DNA of 56,794 nucleotides from Acidimicrobiia bacterium (GCA_040905965.1 JBBDQP010000011.1:1-56794), one strand, 5' to 3'; counted from the stretch's first letter, positions 1 through 9,933 are shown. Notes: a model not told the origin generated them from the sequence alone. Numbers and translations are program-made.

Positions 1-1079
1 CGCCGGTACTGCTTACGCACATCGCGTACGGCGTCCTCCGCTCCCGGCTTGTCCGCCTTGTTCACCACGATCAGATCTGCGTAATCCAGCATGTCGATCT
101 TCTCGAGTTGAGTCGCCGCCCCGTACTCAGGGGTCATCGCATACACTGACACGTCGGCGTGGTCGGTGATCTCGGTGTCGGACTGGCCGATCCCCGACGT
201 CTCGACGATCACCAGATCGAACCCGGCCGCTTTCAAGACGGCGATCCCGTCCGACACCGCCTGGGACAGCGCACGGTGCGCCTGCCGAGTCGCCATCGAC
301 CGCATGAACCCCCGCGGATGAGGCAACGCGTTCATGCGGATCCGGTCACCGAGCAGCGCCCCACCGGACCGGCGCCGGGTCGGATCCACCGACAACACCG
401 CCACCGTCTCGGACGCGAAATCCATCAGGAACCGGCGCACCAGCTCATCGGTCAACGACGACTTCCCCGAACCCCCCGTCCCGGTGATACCCAACACCCG
501 ACCAGGCCAAGAAGCCGCCCGAGCACGAACCCGCTCGAAGACATCCGGATACTTGTCGGGATGATTCTCCTTCGCTGACAACAACGAGGCGATCATCATC
601 GTCGAATCCGTCGACAGCGTCTCGACATCGACCTCCCCCAACTCTCCGGATGCCACGTCCGACGCCCGCAACATCTCGTCGATCATCCCCTGCAAACCCA
701 TTTGCCGACCGTCATCGGGAGAAAAGATGCGGGCCACGCCCTCTGACGCCAACAGCTCGGCCTCCTCAGGCAGGATGGTGCCGCCACCCCCGCCGAAGAT
801 CCGGACATCGGTACGACCGGCGGCATCCAGCAGTTCACGCAGATAGCGGAAGTACTCCATATGCCCGCCCTGATAGGACGTGACGGCCACCGCCTGCGCG
901 TCCTCCTCCACCACTGCCGCCGCCACCTCGCCCGCACTCCGGTTGTGCCCCAGGTGGATCACCTCGGCACCCGAAGCCTGCAAGATCCGCCGAAAGATGT
1001 TGATCGAAGCGTCGTGACCGTCGAAGAGGTTCGTCGCAGTCACGAAACGCACCGCATTCACCGGCTCATAGGCGTCCAT
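1..1079 (-). CDS. icmF: Fused isobutyryl-CoA mutase (IcmF-type), N-terminal part only: B12-binding domain plus MeaB-like G-protein domain. The gene runs off the left window edge.
   Basis: I translated the minus strand from the ATG (complement of 1077-1079): [34 protein letters not shown] (B12-binding module). This is followed by the P-loop [21 protein letters not shown], then [12 protein letters not shown] and VVNKAD GTPase motifs. It is absent from the ORF track because it is open at the window edge. Confidence 0.8.
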   Translation of the reverse strand, partial: MDAYEPVNAVRFVTATNLFDGHDASINIFRRILQASGAEVIHLGHNRSAGEVAAAVVEEDAQAVAVTSYQGGHMEYFRYLRELLDAAGRTDVRIFGGGGGTILPEEAELLASEGVARIFSPDDGRQMGLQGMIDEMLRASDVASGELGEVDVETLSTDSTMMIASLLSAKENHPDKYPDVFERVRARAASWPGRVLGITGTGGSGKSSLTDELVRRFLMDFASETVAVLSVDPTRRRSGGALLGDRIRMNALPHPRGFMRSMATRQAHRALSQAVSDGIAVLKAAGFDLVIVETSGIGQSDTEITDHADVSVYAMTPEYGAATQLEKIDMLDYADLIVVNKADKPGAEDAVRDVRKQYR

Positions 1080-1175
1080 CCGGTCATCGTATCCACCAGA
1101 ACGCCGCTTGCGGAGCGGCGGTCGTCCGCCAGGGGCGAGAGAGTCACGGGTGACTGAAGAGCCGCCCTGTCTGGG

Positions 1176-2708
1176 CTACCGCGCGTGTACCAGACGCTCC
1201 ATCACGATCTGGATTGCCTCGATGCGGAACGGCTTGACGAAGTGGTCGTTCATCCCCGCCTCCAGGCAGGCCTGACGGTCCACTGTGAAGGCATGGGCGG
1301 ACACCCCGATGATCGGGATCGTGGAACCTCCCGCCCGGATCGCTTTGGTCGCCTCGATCCCATCCATCTCCGGCATTTCCATGTCCATGAGCACGATGTC
1401 GAACGACTGTGCACCCAGCATCTCGAGGGCCTCGACCCCGGTGGCGGCAGCCGCCGTTTCATGGCCGACCGCGCCGAGTCCGCGCATGACGAGCGCCCGT
1501 CCTGTCGGTGAGTCGTCGACCACGAGGATCCGAAGACGGTTGCGGCGCTCCCGCAACCAATGTCGCGTGATCAGCGGAGGAAGACTCGTCGACGAGGCGA
1601 GGATCCCGACGGTTTCGATCAAGTCCACCGGCGACACCGGCTGCGGGAGGTAGGCAGGGATTCCCAGACGCATGCATTCTTCACTGTCGTGTCTTTCCCC
1701 TACCGGTGGCACCAACACGAGCGGCGACCGGGAGAGTTGAGGGTCGCGCATCACCTTGGATGCGACGGCGAATGGCATTTCAGTCGGAGCGGCAACAATC
1801 GCCGCCGGGGCGACGTTCGGATCGTCAGCCAGGGCAACTGAGGCGGACGCGAGCGGGATGTTGGTGAATTCCGACGGCTCGAGTCCACCGCTCCGCAGTG
1901 CGACAGCCAAAGACCGATTCGACGCCGGACGGTCCCCAACGACGACCACCCAGCGGTTCTCGAACTCGCCAGGCGCGTCGAGCCGGTGGTCAGACAGATG
2001 TCGCGGGAAGGTGAGGGTGAAGTCGAAGGTGGAGCCCTGACCCAGCCGACTGGCCACCCGGATCTCGCCCCCCATCGCCTTGATGACCGCCTGGGAGATG
2101 GTGAGGCCGAGGCCAGCGCTGACGACTCGACCGCCCTCGCCCCCCTGGGCGAACGGCTCGAAGATCCGCTCGATGTCGTCTGGGGCGATTCCCAAGCCGG
2201 TGTCCCGCACCGCGAACCGGACGGTGACGGCTCGGTGATCATGATCGACGAGCTCGGCGCCGACCTGCACTCGCCCCCGATTGGAGTATTTGACCGCGTT
2301 GTCGACGAGCCGGGTGATCACCTGCCGGAGGCGTCCCGGGTCTCCGACGACGTCGGTGGGGAGTGCGCTCAACCCGTGAAGTGTCACTTCGATGCCGCGG
2401 TCGGCAGCCAGCGCCCGAACAGGTCGGACCGCTTCTCGGAGGGCATCGGGGAGGCGGAACGCAATGTATTGGAGTTGGATGCCACCGATCTCGATCTGGG
2501 AGATGTCCAGCAGGTCGTCGATGGCCGAGAGGAGCGCCTCGGATGCGCCATCGATGACGTCGAGTGAGGACCGCTGGTCGCCGGTCAGGTCGGAAGAGGC
2601 CAGGATGCGGGAGGCCCCGGTGATTGCAGTGAGCGGAGTCCGCAGCGAATGTCCGATGCGCCGCAGCGCCTCCGACCGCTCTGCGCCACCAGTCTGCTCA
2701 GATTCCAC
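1176..2708 (-). CDS. Cytoplasmic hybrid sensor histidine kinase/response regulator (HisKA, HATPase_c, receiver-like linker domain, C-terminal receiver)
   Basis: 510-aa ORF. The H-box IGHSLRTPLTAI lies about 20 aa from the N-terminus. N/G boxes are present (VDNAVKYS, DTGLGI, GLGLTISQ). The C-terminal receiver reads ILVVDDSP...VLMDMEMPEMDG...KP. I see no TM or recognisable sensor domain. Confidence 0.85.
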   Translation of the reverse strand: MESEQTGGAERSEALRRIGHSLRTPLTAITGASRILASSDLTGDQRSSLDVIDGASEALLSAIDDLLDISQIEIGGIQLQYIAFRLPDALREAVRPVRALAADRGIEVTLHGLSALPTDVVGDPGRLRQVITRLVDNAVKYSNRGRVQVGAELVDHDHRAVTVRFAVRDTGLGIAPDDIERIFEPFAQGGEGGRVVSAGLGLTISQAVIKAMGGEIRVASRLGQGSTFDFTLTFPRHLSDHRLDAPGEFENRWVVVVGDRPASNRSLAVALRSGGLEPSEFTNIPLASASVALADDPNVAPAAIVAAPTEMPFAVASKVMRDPQLSRSPLVLVPPVGERHDSEECMRLGIPAYLPQPVSPVDLIETVGILASSTSLPPLITRHWLRERRNRLRILVVDDSPTGRALVMRGLGAVGHETAAAATGVEALEMLGAQSFDIVLMDMEMPEMDGIEATKAIRAGGSTIPIIGVSAHAFTVDRQACLEAGMNDHFVKPFRIEAIQIVMERLVHAR

Positions 2709-3003
2709 GAACTCTGACTCCCAACCGGTAATGGACCGTCAGCATACGTGGCGCGATGCGGGGTCGATCCTCGACGATGACCAGTGGGAGCGTCCCACAC
2801 GAATACGCTGGCGCAATGCCACGTCTGTCCCTCCTTGTGCTCGTCCGCGCAGCTGGCATACGCGATCGTGCTGCCGGCGCGCCGATGTGGTCCCCAAGTT
2901 CGCCCTGAACAGAACTCGACCCTGATGTGCGACGCCGTCACGGGGTGGGATTCAGGGGGAACCCCGATGGTTGTTGGCACAAGTTGATGCCAGGCTGTCG
3001 CCG

Positions 3004-3918
3004 ATGACTGAACCGATCGTCACCATCGACGACCTCACTCACCGCTTCGGTGACATCGTCGCGCTCACCAACGTCGACTTGGAGATTCCCGCTGGTGTGA
3101 CCGGTTTGGTCGGCGCCAACGGGGCTGGGAAGACGACGATGCTTCGGTCCCTGCTGGGTCTCGTGCATCCCACCGCCGGGTCGATCCGGGTGCTGGGCCA
3201 CGATGCCGCCACCGACCCGATCTCAGTCCGCTCCATCGTCGGCTACATGCCGGAAGGCAACTGCCTCCCCAAGGACCAGACCGCCGCCGACTTCGTCGGA
3301 TTCGCCGCCGAGATGGCGGGTGTTCCTCCCAAGGATGCTCGTCGACGGGCGTCCGAGACGCTGTTCCTTGTCGGTCTCGAAGAAGAGCGCTTCCGGTATC
3401 TGGGCGACTTCTCCACGGGCATGGTGCAGCGAGTGAAGCTCGCCCAGTCGATCGTTCACGGCCCGCGCCTCGTGCTGCTCGACGAACCCGCCTCAGGGCT
3501 CGATCCCGCCGGTCGGGAACAGATGCTCGCCCTCATTCGCAGGCTGGGCGGATTCGGCATCAATGTGATCGTGTCCTCCCATGTGCTCTCCGACATCGAA
3601 GAGACCTGCCAATGGGTGGTGATGTTGGACCGTGGCCGACTGATCCGGTCCGGGCCGCTCGGCGAGCGGATCGCCACCGGCACGGTCGCGGTGGAAGTCC
3701 TGTCCGATCCTGAAGGTTTCGCCACGGCTCTGATCGCAGCCGGCCTCGATGCCGCCACACTCGGGCACGTCGTGACCGTCGGATCGGCCGACGACACCAC
3801 CTTCGACGCAGTGATGCGAGTCGCGGCTGACACCGGCGCCGGCATTCTGCGAATGGGCCGAGCGGCCATCACCCTCGAAGACGAGTTCCTCCGTCAGTCT
3901 CAGGAGTTGCGGTCATGA
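3004..3918 (+). CDS. ABC transporter ATP-binding protein (pair 1)
   Basis: Walker A GANGAGKTT, signature FSTGMVQR, Walker B LVLLDEP. I prefer the ATG at 3004 (MTEPIVTIDDL) over the TTG at 2971 used by the track. Confidence 0.85.
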   Translation: MTEPIVTIDDLTHRFGDIVALTNVDLEIPAGVTGLVGANGAGKTTMLRSLLGLVHPTAGSIRVLGHDAATDPISVRSIVGYMPEGNCLPKDQTAADFVGFAAEMAGVPPKDARRRASETLFLVGLEEERFRYLGDFSTGMVQRVKLAQSIVHGPRLVLLDEPASGLDPAGREQMLALIRRLGGFGINVIVSSHVLSDIEETCQWVVMLDRGRLIRSGPLGERIATGTVAVEVLSDPEGFATALIAAGLDAATLGHVVTVGSADDTTFDAVMRVAADTGAGILRMGRAAITLEDEFLRQSQELRS

Positions 3919-4799
3919 GCGACGCTGTCATCTACGACCGCGGATACCGCAGCTACTCGGGCGACCTGCGGGGACGTTCCGCCACCCGACGTGCCATCGT
4001 ACGGGACGGCGTACGACGTATTCTCGGGCTGCGTCGCAAAGCCCGCCGCAAGATTCTTCCGTGGGCACTGCTCTCCATCGGGCTGTTGATCGCGGCGGTG
4101 CTGGTGGGCCTGTTGTTCGTGTTCGGGTCGCTGGGAGGGGCAGTCGCCGAAGGTCTCCCCTCCTATCCCGAGCTCTTCGACCTCTACTCCCGCATCGCAC
4201 TCCTGTTCCTGGCGATCACGATCCCCGAGTTGCTCGGCCCGGACCGCAGCCAGGGCGTCCTCTCCGTCTACTTCTCACGCCCGCTGACGGTCGGCGACTA
4301 CCTCGGCGCCAAAGCGGTCGCCTATCTCGTGATGGCCGGTGGCATCTATTTGGTGCCGCAACTGCTGTTCCATCTGGGAGCGGCGGCACTGGCCGAGGAG
4401 GGATTCCTCGGGTACCTGGGCGGGAACCTCGACGTGCTGTGGAAGGTGGCGGCTGCCGCCGCAGGATTCATCCTCGTCCACGGCGGGGTCCTTGCCATCA
4501 TCAGCACCCATATCGACCGGACCAGCTTCGCCGCCGCCACCTTCCTCGCGGTACTGCTCGCAGGGGGCAACCTGGCCGGCATCCTGTCTCAGGCCGGCTT
4601 CCCCGGCTCCCGTTACGCCTCGCTCCTTGCTCTCGACGATCACGCCCGGTACGTGCGGGATTGGATATTCGACGTCGACCTCGGCGACTACTGGCCCGAG
4701 CGGGCAGGGTTCGACCCGTGGGTGTCGCTCGCCGCCATCGGGTTCGTTTCCGTCTTCGGTGCGGTCTGGGCCTATCGGCGATATCGGAGGCTGGCATGA
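3915..4799 (+). CDS. ABC-2-type transporter permease (pair 1)
   Basis: 294-aa polytopic hydrophobic ORF. Its start overlaps the preceding ATPase stop, and its stop overlaps the next ATPase start (ATGA at 4796-4799). Confidence 0.7.
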   Translation: MSDAVIYDRGYRSYSGDLRGRSATRRAIVRDGVRRILGLRRKARRKILPWALLSIGLLIAAVLVGLLFVFGSLGGAVAEGLPSYPELFDLYSRIALLFLAITIPELLGPDRSQGVLSVYFSRPLTVGDYLGAKAVAYLVMAGGIYLVPQLLFHLGAAALAEEGFLGYLGGNLDVLWKVAAAAAGFILVHGGVLAIISTHIDRTSFAAATFLAVLLAGGNLAGILSQAGFPGSRYASLLALDDHARYVRDWIFDVDLGDYWPERAGFDPWVSLAAIGFVSVFGAVWAYRRYRRLA

Positions 4800-5710
4800 C
4801 TGTCCGTGCCATCGAGATCTCCAAGTGGTTCGGTCAGAAGGTCGCGTTATCCGAGGTGACCGTCGACTTCGAACCGGGCGTCACCGGGCTGCTCGGACCC
4901 AACGGGGCGGGCAAGACGACGCTCCTGCGAGTACTCACCGGGTTGCATGTTCCGTCCCAGGGCACCGTCGAGGTGCTCGGGCGGAACCCTCGCAGGGACC
5001 GATCCGTCTACCGGGAGGTCGCCCTCGTTCCGGAGGACGAGGCGGTCTACCCGGACCTGACCGCACGCCGCTTCGTGGCCTTGCGGGCGTCGCTCGCCGG
5101 ACTCCCAAATCCGCGGCGGGCGGCCGAGATCGCGCTCGAAACTGTCGAACTCACCGACGCCGCCGATCGGAAGCTCGGAGGCTTTTCGAAGGGGATGCGG
5201 CAGCGGGCGAAAGTGGCGGCTGCGCTCGTCACCAACCCACAGGTGTTGGTTCTCGACGAGCCACTCAACGGGGCCGACCCTGTCCAGCGCGCCGGACTGA
5301 TCGAGCTGTTCGTTCGGCTGGGGGCTGAAGGGCGGACGGTGATCGTGTCGTCACACGTGCTCGCCGAAGTCGAACGCATGACCCACCAAGTGGTGGCCAT
5401 GGTCGACGGGCGGATGGCGGCGGTCGGAGACATCCAGCAGTTGCGGGCGGTGATGACCGACAAGCCCCGCCGGGTACGCATACGCACCGATCGCAGTCGG
5501 GATCTGGCGTCCCTGGTTTGGGCTGTGCCCGGAGTCGAGGGAGTGCAGTTGAGCGACGGAATCGTGGAAATCTCGTCAACCGATCCGGGCGCGCTCGCCA
5601 TCGCACTACCGGCGTTGGCAGTCCGAGGTGGGCTGCGGATCACTGAGATCAACCCCGCCGACGAGTCGATGGAACAGGTCTTCCGCTATCTGGTGGAGTC
5701 CGGACGATGA
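4796..5710 (+). CDS. ABC transporter ATP-binding protein (pair 2)
   Basis: MTVRAIEISKWFG..., Walker A GPNGAGKTT, signature FSKGMRQR, Walker B VLVLDEP. The track ORF 4061-5710 is an Arg/Pro-rich upstream extension lying inside the permease gene. Confidence 0.85.
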   Translation: MTVRAIEISKWFGQKVALSEVTVDFEPGVTGLLGPNGAGKTTLLRVLTGLHVPSQGTVEVLGRNPRRDRSVYREVALVPEDEAVYPDLTARRFVALRASLAGLPNPRRAAEIALETVELTDAADRKLGGFSKGMRQRAKVAAALVTNPQVLVLDEPLNGADPVQRAGLIELFVRLGAEGRTVIVSSHVLAEVERMTHQVVAMVDGRMAAVGDIQQLRAVMTDKPRRVRIRTDRSRDLASLVWAVPGVEGVQLSDGIVEISSTDPGALAIALPALAVRGGLRITEINPADESMEQVFRYLVESGR

Positions 5711-6441
5711 GCTGGACTTTGGTAAGGCACCTCTTCGGTCGCACCTTGCGCTGGAAGCGTCTGGTGGGGATGAGCCTGCTGGCGTCGGTCGGTGGAGTGG
5801 TGGCGTGGATCTCGATGACCGGGAATCCGGTCGACGCAGCCGTGCTCGAGTACAGGGAGGCGACGGCGATCGTGCCGGCGGCGACCCTCTCCATCGCCCT
5901 GCTGATCGTGACCTCGGCGGTGTTGCGGGACGAACGAGACGAGGGAACGCTTCCCTATATCTACCTGTCACCGATGTCGGCACTTCGGTTCAGCGTCTCG
6001 TCGGCGGTGGCGGCGACGACGGCGGCCCTGGTGGTGGCCTTCATCGGGTGGCTTCCGGGATGGATCGGGGCGGGGCTGGTAACCGGCGATTGGACGCTGG
6101 CGGTTCCGGCACTGCTGCTGTACGGGCTGGCGGCGCTGGGATATGCGGCGGTCGCCCTGCCGCTCGGGTACCTGATCGACCGGTCGCTGATCGTCGGCCT
6201 CGCCTACATCTTCGTATGGGAAGGGATCCTCGCTTCGGTCGTGTCCGGGCTGGGACCCTCCAGCATCTGGCGCATCGCGCTGTCCGGATACGCCGGAATC
6301 GAGGACCTGCCGCTGGATGCGTTGGAGGTGTTGGGAACCGTCACCCCCGGGGCCGGAGGAGCCGTCGCCAAGGTGGCAGGCCTCTTCGTGCTCGGCGTCG
6401 GCGTCCTCACCTGGGCGGTGCGGCGACGGGACGCAGTGTGA
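5707..6441 (+). CDS. ABC-2-type transporter permease (pair 2)
   Basis: 244-aa hydrophobic ORF with about 6 TM segments. Its start overlaps the ATPase stop. Confidence 0.7.
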   Translation: MSWTLVRHLFGRTLRWKRLVGMSLLASVGGVVAWISMTGNPVDAAVLEYREATAIVPAATLSIALLIVTSAVLRDERDEGTLPYIYLSPMSALRFSVSSAVAATTAALVVAFIGWLPGWIGAGLVTGDWTLAVPALLLYGLAALGYAAVALPLGYLIDRSLIVGLAYIFVWEGILASVVSGLGPSSIWRIALSGYAGIEDLPLDALEVLGTVTPGAGGAVAKVAGLFVLGVGVLTWAVRRRDAV

Positions 6442-6442
6442 C

Positions 6443-6979
6443 TCAGGCCGGGCGGTAGACACCTCGGTCAGTCGCCAGCCAGTTCATCCGACGATCGTGC
6501 GGTTCGACGGGAAGGGTGTCGACGAGAAGTCGTTCCAAAGTGACTCCGACCGCTGTCACGTCGCCGGCTGCGACGAACAGTCCGTCGTAATAGCCCATCC
6601 CCCACCCGATCCGGTCACCCGTATGGGCAAAGGCGAGCGACGGAGTGAGGACGATGTCGAGGTCCGCCGGATCGAGGCGTTCGGCGTCGGCGACCGGGTG
6701 CTCGTAGCCGAAGCGGTGGACCTCGCGGGCGGACTCGAGGGGATGGACGGTGAGAGGTCGGCTGCCGCCCGGGGTGCGCGTGGTGTACCAGCGGTGCCGA
6801 TCATCGACCACCGAAGTCACATGCACCTCGCCCGGCATCGGCAGATAGATCAGCACCCGGGACGGAGGTTGGTCGGCCAGCCAAGCCTTCAGGTGGCCGG
6901 CGACGAGGTTCGACTCCTCTGCAGTGACCGCCGGGCGGTCCTTGAGTGCGTTCCTGACCGCAGCCTTGTCCGTCTTCAT
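6443..6979 (-). CDS. 5-formyltetrahydrofolate cyclo-ligase family protein
   Basis: 178 aa. The C-terminal motif FAHTGDRIGWGMGYYDGLF resembles the G-x-G-G-G-Y-Y-D-R signature of the MTHFS family. Confidence 0.7.
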   Translation of the reverse strand: MKTDKAAVRNALKDRPAVTAEESNLVAGHLKAWLADQPPSRVLIYLPMPGEVHVTSVVDDRHRWYTTRTPGGSRPLTVHPLESAREVHRFGYEHPVADAERLDPADLDIVLTPSLAFAHTGDRIGWGMGYYDGLFVAAGDVTAVGVTLERLLVDTLPVEPHDRRMNWLATDRGVYRPA

Positions 6980-7031
6980 ACGGAGGAGGGTATCGGTCCG
7001 GGGGGCGCGAGGATCGGTAGCCTGGCTGGAC

Positions 7032-7763
7032 GTGTTCTCCTACATCAGGGACATCCCCCGCACCCTGTTCTTCGCCTTCACGGCCGCCTACACAACTGTG
7101 ATTGGAGGTCTGCTCGCCTGGTTTCTCGCCGTCCGCAACCCGACCGACCCTCGGATCGAAAGAACCATCCAGTGGTGGGCGGCACGCTGGCTGGCAGCGG
7201 CCAGTTGCACGCTCGAAGTGCGCGGGGCCGATCACGTCGACACGAGCCGCTCCTACGTCGTCGTCGCCAATCACGTTTCCAATCTCGACGTCGTGGCGTG
7301 CTTCGCCGCCATCCCGCTGCCGATCCGGTACCTCGCGAAGAAGGAGCTGTTCAACATCCCGGTTCTCGCCCAGGCGATGCGAGCGGTCGGAATCATCGAA
7401 GTGGACAGGAGCGGCCGGGCGGCAGCCATCGCTTCGGTGAATCGGCAGTCACAACCGGTCATCGAACGCGGCCACTCGCTCATCATCTACCCGGAGGGGA
7501 CTCGGAGCTACCACGGCGAACTGCAGCCGTTCAAGAAGGGGGCGTTCGCCATGGCGGTGGCGGCGAGGATGCCGATCTTGCCGGTGGCGATCAACGGGAC
7601 ATGGGAAGCGTGGAAACCGCACAGCCCGTGGATCCGGGGGAATAGTCACATCACAGTGGCCATCCACGAACCGATCGAAACCGAAGGTCTCTCCCCCGCG
7701 GAACTCGACGACCTCCGCCTCCACACCCACACCCTCATCGCCCAGACCCTTTCGGCTTTTTAG
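7032..7763 (+). CDS. plsC: 1-acyl-sn-glycerol-3-phosphate acyltransferase (PlsC family)
   Basis: Acyltransferase motifs VVANHVSNLDV (HX4D block) and IIYPEGTRS. The track start 6924 would overlap the divergent gene by 56 nt, so I chose the in-frame GTG at 7032. The exact start is uncertain. Confidence 0.8.
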   Translation: MFSYIRDIPRTLFFAFTAAYTTVIGGLLAWFLAVRNPTDPRIERTIQWWAARWLAAASCTLEVRGADHVDTSRSYVVVANHVSNLDVVACFAAIPLPIRYLAKKELFNIPVLAQAMRAVGIIEVDRSGRAAAIASVNRQSQPVIERGHSLIIYPEGTRSYHGELQPFKKGAFAMAVAARMPILPVAINGTWEAWKPHSPWIRGNSHITVAIHEPIETEGLSPAELDDLRLHTHTLIAQTLSAF

Positions 7764-7807
7764 CGGAGCAGCGCTACAAAAACAGTGCGGAACGCGTACC
7801 AAAAGGG
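7747..7807. repeat. AT-rich inverted-repeat element, family 1, copy A
   Basis: The 36-nt core agcgctacaaaaacagtgcggaacgcgtaccaaaag (7770-7805) matches the reverse complement of 17958-17993 at 33/36 positions. Imperfect terminal inverted repeats are ccctttcggct and accaaaaggg. The element contains the plsC stop codon (7761-7763) and ends 1 nt before the imuB stop (7809-7811). Confidence 0.75.
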
Positions 7808-7808
7808 A

Positions 7809-9281
7809 TCAGTCGTAGACGCCGGCGAGGTAGGTGGTGGAGGAACGGACCAGGACGAGGAAGGCGCCGGCGGACGTCACCAACTGGTAGCGGTCGATGG
7901 GCGGCTCGCCCCTCCACCACGACCCTGTCAGCCGCCACGGGCCGGCCCAGGTCAGCACCGGCTCCCACCGCGCCCCCAGCCGAATCCGAACCGGCATCCC
8001 GTCATCCCACTCCACTTCCACCGGCACCGGTTCGGGCGGCACCAACGCCGGGGTCGGGGCCGGGGTCGTCCCCGGCCACGGTGCCGCCTCATCCCGCGAC
8101 CGCACGACCTGTTCCTGCCATCGAAACCACGCCACCCGCTCGCTCGGCATTCGCCCGCCCTGCGCCTCCGCCTCCAAGACCGCGTCGGGCCCCACCAGGG
8201 TCTGAACCCGCGCCAGCGCACGCTCCGCCTCCACCCGCGCCGCTTCGTCGGTGAAGAACCCGAGCTGGCGACCATCCCCCGACAAGTCGGACGGATCCAA
8301 CCGAAGACGGACGATCCCACCGCCTGATCGTCTGCCCTCGTCCACCCACGCCTGGCACTGCCACCTCACCCGGTCCGCCAGCGCCTCATCGGTGAACGGG
8401 TCGGACGAACGCCAGACCCGAGACCGCACCTCACCGTCGTCGAGTTCTGCCTCGATCACGATCCGATGAGGGGCGATCCCTTCCCGTCGCAGTCCTGCAA
8501 TCAGCTTCACCGCCAACCCGCGGGCAGCGAACGCAACCTGATCGGTGAGTTCCAGCGGCTCTTCGAACCGGGACTCGACCGCCAACTCGGGCGGGATACG
8601 ACGAGGATCAACTATTCGATCCTCGCCATGGGACAGCCGATGAGCGGTCAGCCCGACATCCCCGAACCGGGAGGCGATGGCGTCTCGCGGCAGGTCCGCC
8701 AACGCCCCCAGCGTGGTGACACCCAGCCAGCGGAACGTGGAAACCAGGTCGTCGTGGTCGATTGCAGAAATGTCGAGGGATGCCAGGAACGACCGGGTGT
8801 CGGTGATCACCAACGGTGAACTCGTCGCCACCCGCGCCGCCCAAGTGGCCGCGAACGGACCGTCCGCCAGCCCGATCCGTGCGTCCACCTCCGCGGCTGT
8901 CAGCTTGCCCGAAAGGATTTCGACCACGGACTCCTCGTCCCCGTAGTAGCGGACCGCCCCGCTGACAGGGACCAACGCCAGACCCGGTTCCACCACCTCG
9001 ACCTGAGGCACGATCTCCTCGATCATCCTCACGACCGGTTCGAACCGGCGCCACTCTTCGTCGAGATCCCTGACGAGCACGGTCGCGGCAGGACACAACC
9101 CTTCGGCTTCCCTTCGCGGCATGCCCCTTGTCACACCCGCCGACAACGCCAACGGATCCGCAGCCACCACCCGCGTCACGCCCTGGGCGCCGACAACGAA
9201 GAACGGGCTATCCGAAGGCGCGTCTGGCCGCCCCAGCGGCCAACTCGGACACCACACGCAGATCGTGCGTTCCGGCATCAT
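7809..9281 (-). CDS. imuB: ImuB, Y-family-polymerase-like subunit of the ImuA'-ImuB-DnaE2 mutasome
   Basis: 490 aa. The N-terminus MMPERTICVWCPSWPL...GVTRGMPRREAEGLCP...FEPVV...VEVVEPGLALV is typical of ImuB. It lies directly downstream of an imuA'-like ORF and a LexA box. Confidence 0.8.
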   Translation of the reverse strand: MMPERTICVWCPSWPLGRPDAPSDSPFFVVGAQGVTRVVAADPLALSAGVTRGMPRREAEGLCPAATVLVRDLDEEWRRFEPVVRMIEEIVPQVEVVEPGLALVPVSGAVRYYGDEESVVEILSGKLTAAEVDARIGLADGPFAATWAARVATSSPLVITDTRSFLASLDISAIDHDDLVSTFRWLGVTTLGALADLPRDAIASRFGDVGLTAHRLSHGEDRIVDPRRIPPELAVESRFEEPLELTDQVAFAARGLAVKLIAGLRREGIAPHRIVIEAELDDGEVRSRVWRSSDPFTDEALADRVRWQCQAWVDEGRRSGGGIVRLRLDPSDLSGDGRQLGFFTDEAARVEAERALARVQTLVGPDAVLEAEAQGGRMPSERVAWFRWQEQVVRSRDEAAPWPGTTPAPTPALVPPEPVPVEVEWDDGMPVRIRLGARWEPVLTWAGPWRLTGSWWRGEPPIDRYQLVTSAGAFLVLVRSSTTYLAGVYD

Positions 9282-9882
9282 CCACCTCGATCGTCCTCGT
9301 CATCCCTCCGACACCTTTCCCTGACGCCTCCAGCACCAGATGTCGCCCCCGCAATCTGCCGTGCCCGCCATCCGGCCCCTCCCATCGCACCTCTCGTGCC
9401 CGCAGCCGCAGGAACCTGACTCCCGACGGCAAATCCCCTGCCAACGGACGAAACACCACCCGCCCCTGACGTGCACGGATGAGTCCGGCCAGTCGACGGA
9501 GGTCCTGGTCCCGCACCCCACGGGGAACCTCCGCATACATGGCCGGAACGCCTTCGACCAGCGCAGCAGCGACCCTCGGCCACAGGCCAGGATCCGGACA
9601 GCGAACGAAGATCGGAGACTCCACACCGGTCTCCCATGCCGCTCGCGGCGACGCCCAGCCACGTACGTCGAGGATCACGACGGGGGCGGTACGGGACGAC
9701 TCAGCCAGCATCCGATAGCCGAGACGGGTGAGACCGAACCCGGCATGGCCGGTCAGTTCGACCGGCCTGCCGGGTTGGAGTGAGAACAGATCCGTCTCAG
9801 GCTGGTGGAGACGCGTCCGCAGATCCCATCGATCGGGGATCGATCGGGGAGACGACTCCACCACCGCCGCGTTCGCCAACAC
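9208..9882 (-). CDS. imuA: ImuA'-like protein (first gene of the SOS mutagenesis cassette)
   Basis: 224-aa ORF immediately upstream of imuB and 45-60 nt downstream of a perfect LexA box within a promoter. The assignment rests on position and size only. The 3' end overlaps imuB by 74 nt. Confidence 0.55.
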   Translation of the reverse strand: MLANAAVVESSPRSIPDRWDLRTRLHQPETDLFSLQPGRPVELTGHAGFGLTRLGYRMLAESSRTAPVVILDVRGWASPRAAWETGVESPIFVRCPDPGLWPRVAAALVEGVPAMYAEVPRGVRDQDLRRLAGLIRARQGRVVFRPLAGDLPSGVRFLRLRAREVRWEGPDGGHGRLRGRHLVLEASGKGVGGMTRTIEVDDAGTHDLRVVSELAAGAARRAFG

Positions 9883-9933
9883 CCACTCCTGATGACCTGG
9901 ATCCGGACTCCGGACAGCGCATCCGGATCGGTC

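Noticed and set aside
2709-3003. ~290-bp divergent spacer between the hybrid kinase and the ABC operon, examined for a riboswitch or a small regulator gene
   Set aside because: The only ORFs (2585-2980 minus, 2784-2987 plus) are short, overlap each other and lack motifs. I could not recognise any known riboswitch consensus. It is most simply a divergent promoter region.
4061-4795. 245-aa N-terminal extension of the second ABC ATPase in the ORF track (4061-5710)
   Set aside because: The extension is an out-of-frame read through the permease gene and is Arg/Pro/Gly-rich. The ATPase family N-terminus (MTVRAIEISKWFG) starts at the ATG at 4796, which overlaps the permease stop.
6317-7645. 442-aa plus-strand ORF spanning the MTHFS and plsC loci
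   Set aside because: It is antisense to the cyclo-ligase gene and then out of frame with plsC. It has no motifs. The competing frames carry clear family signatures.
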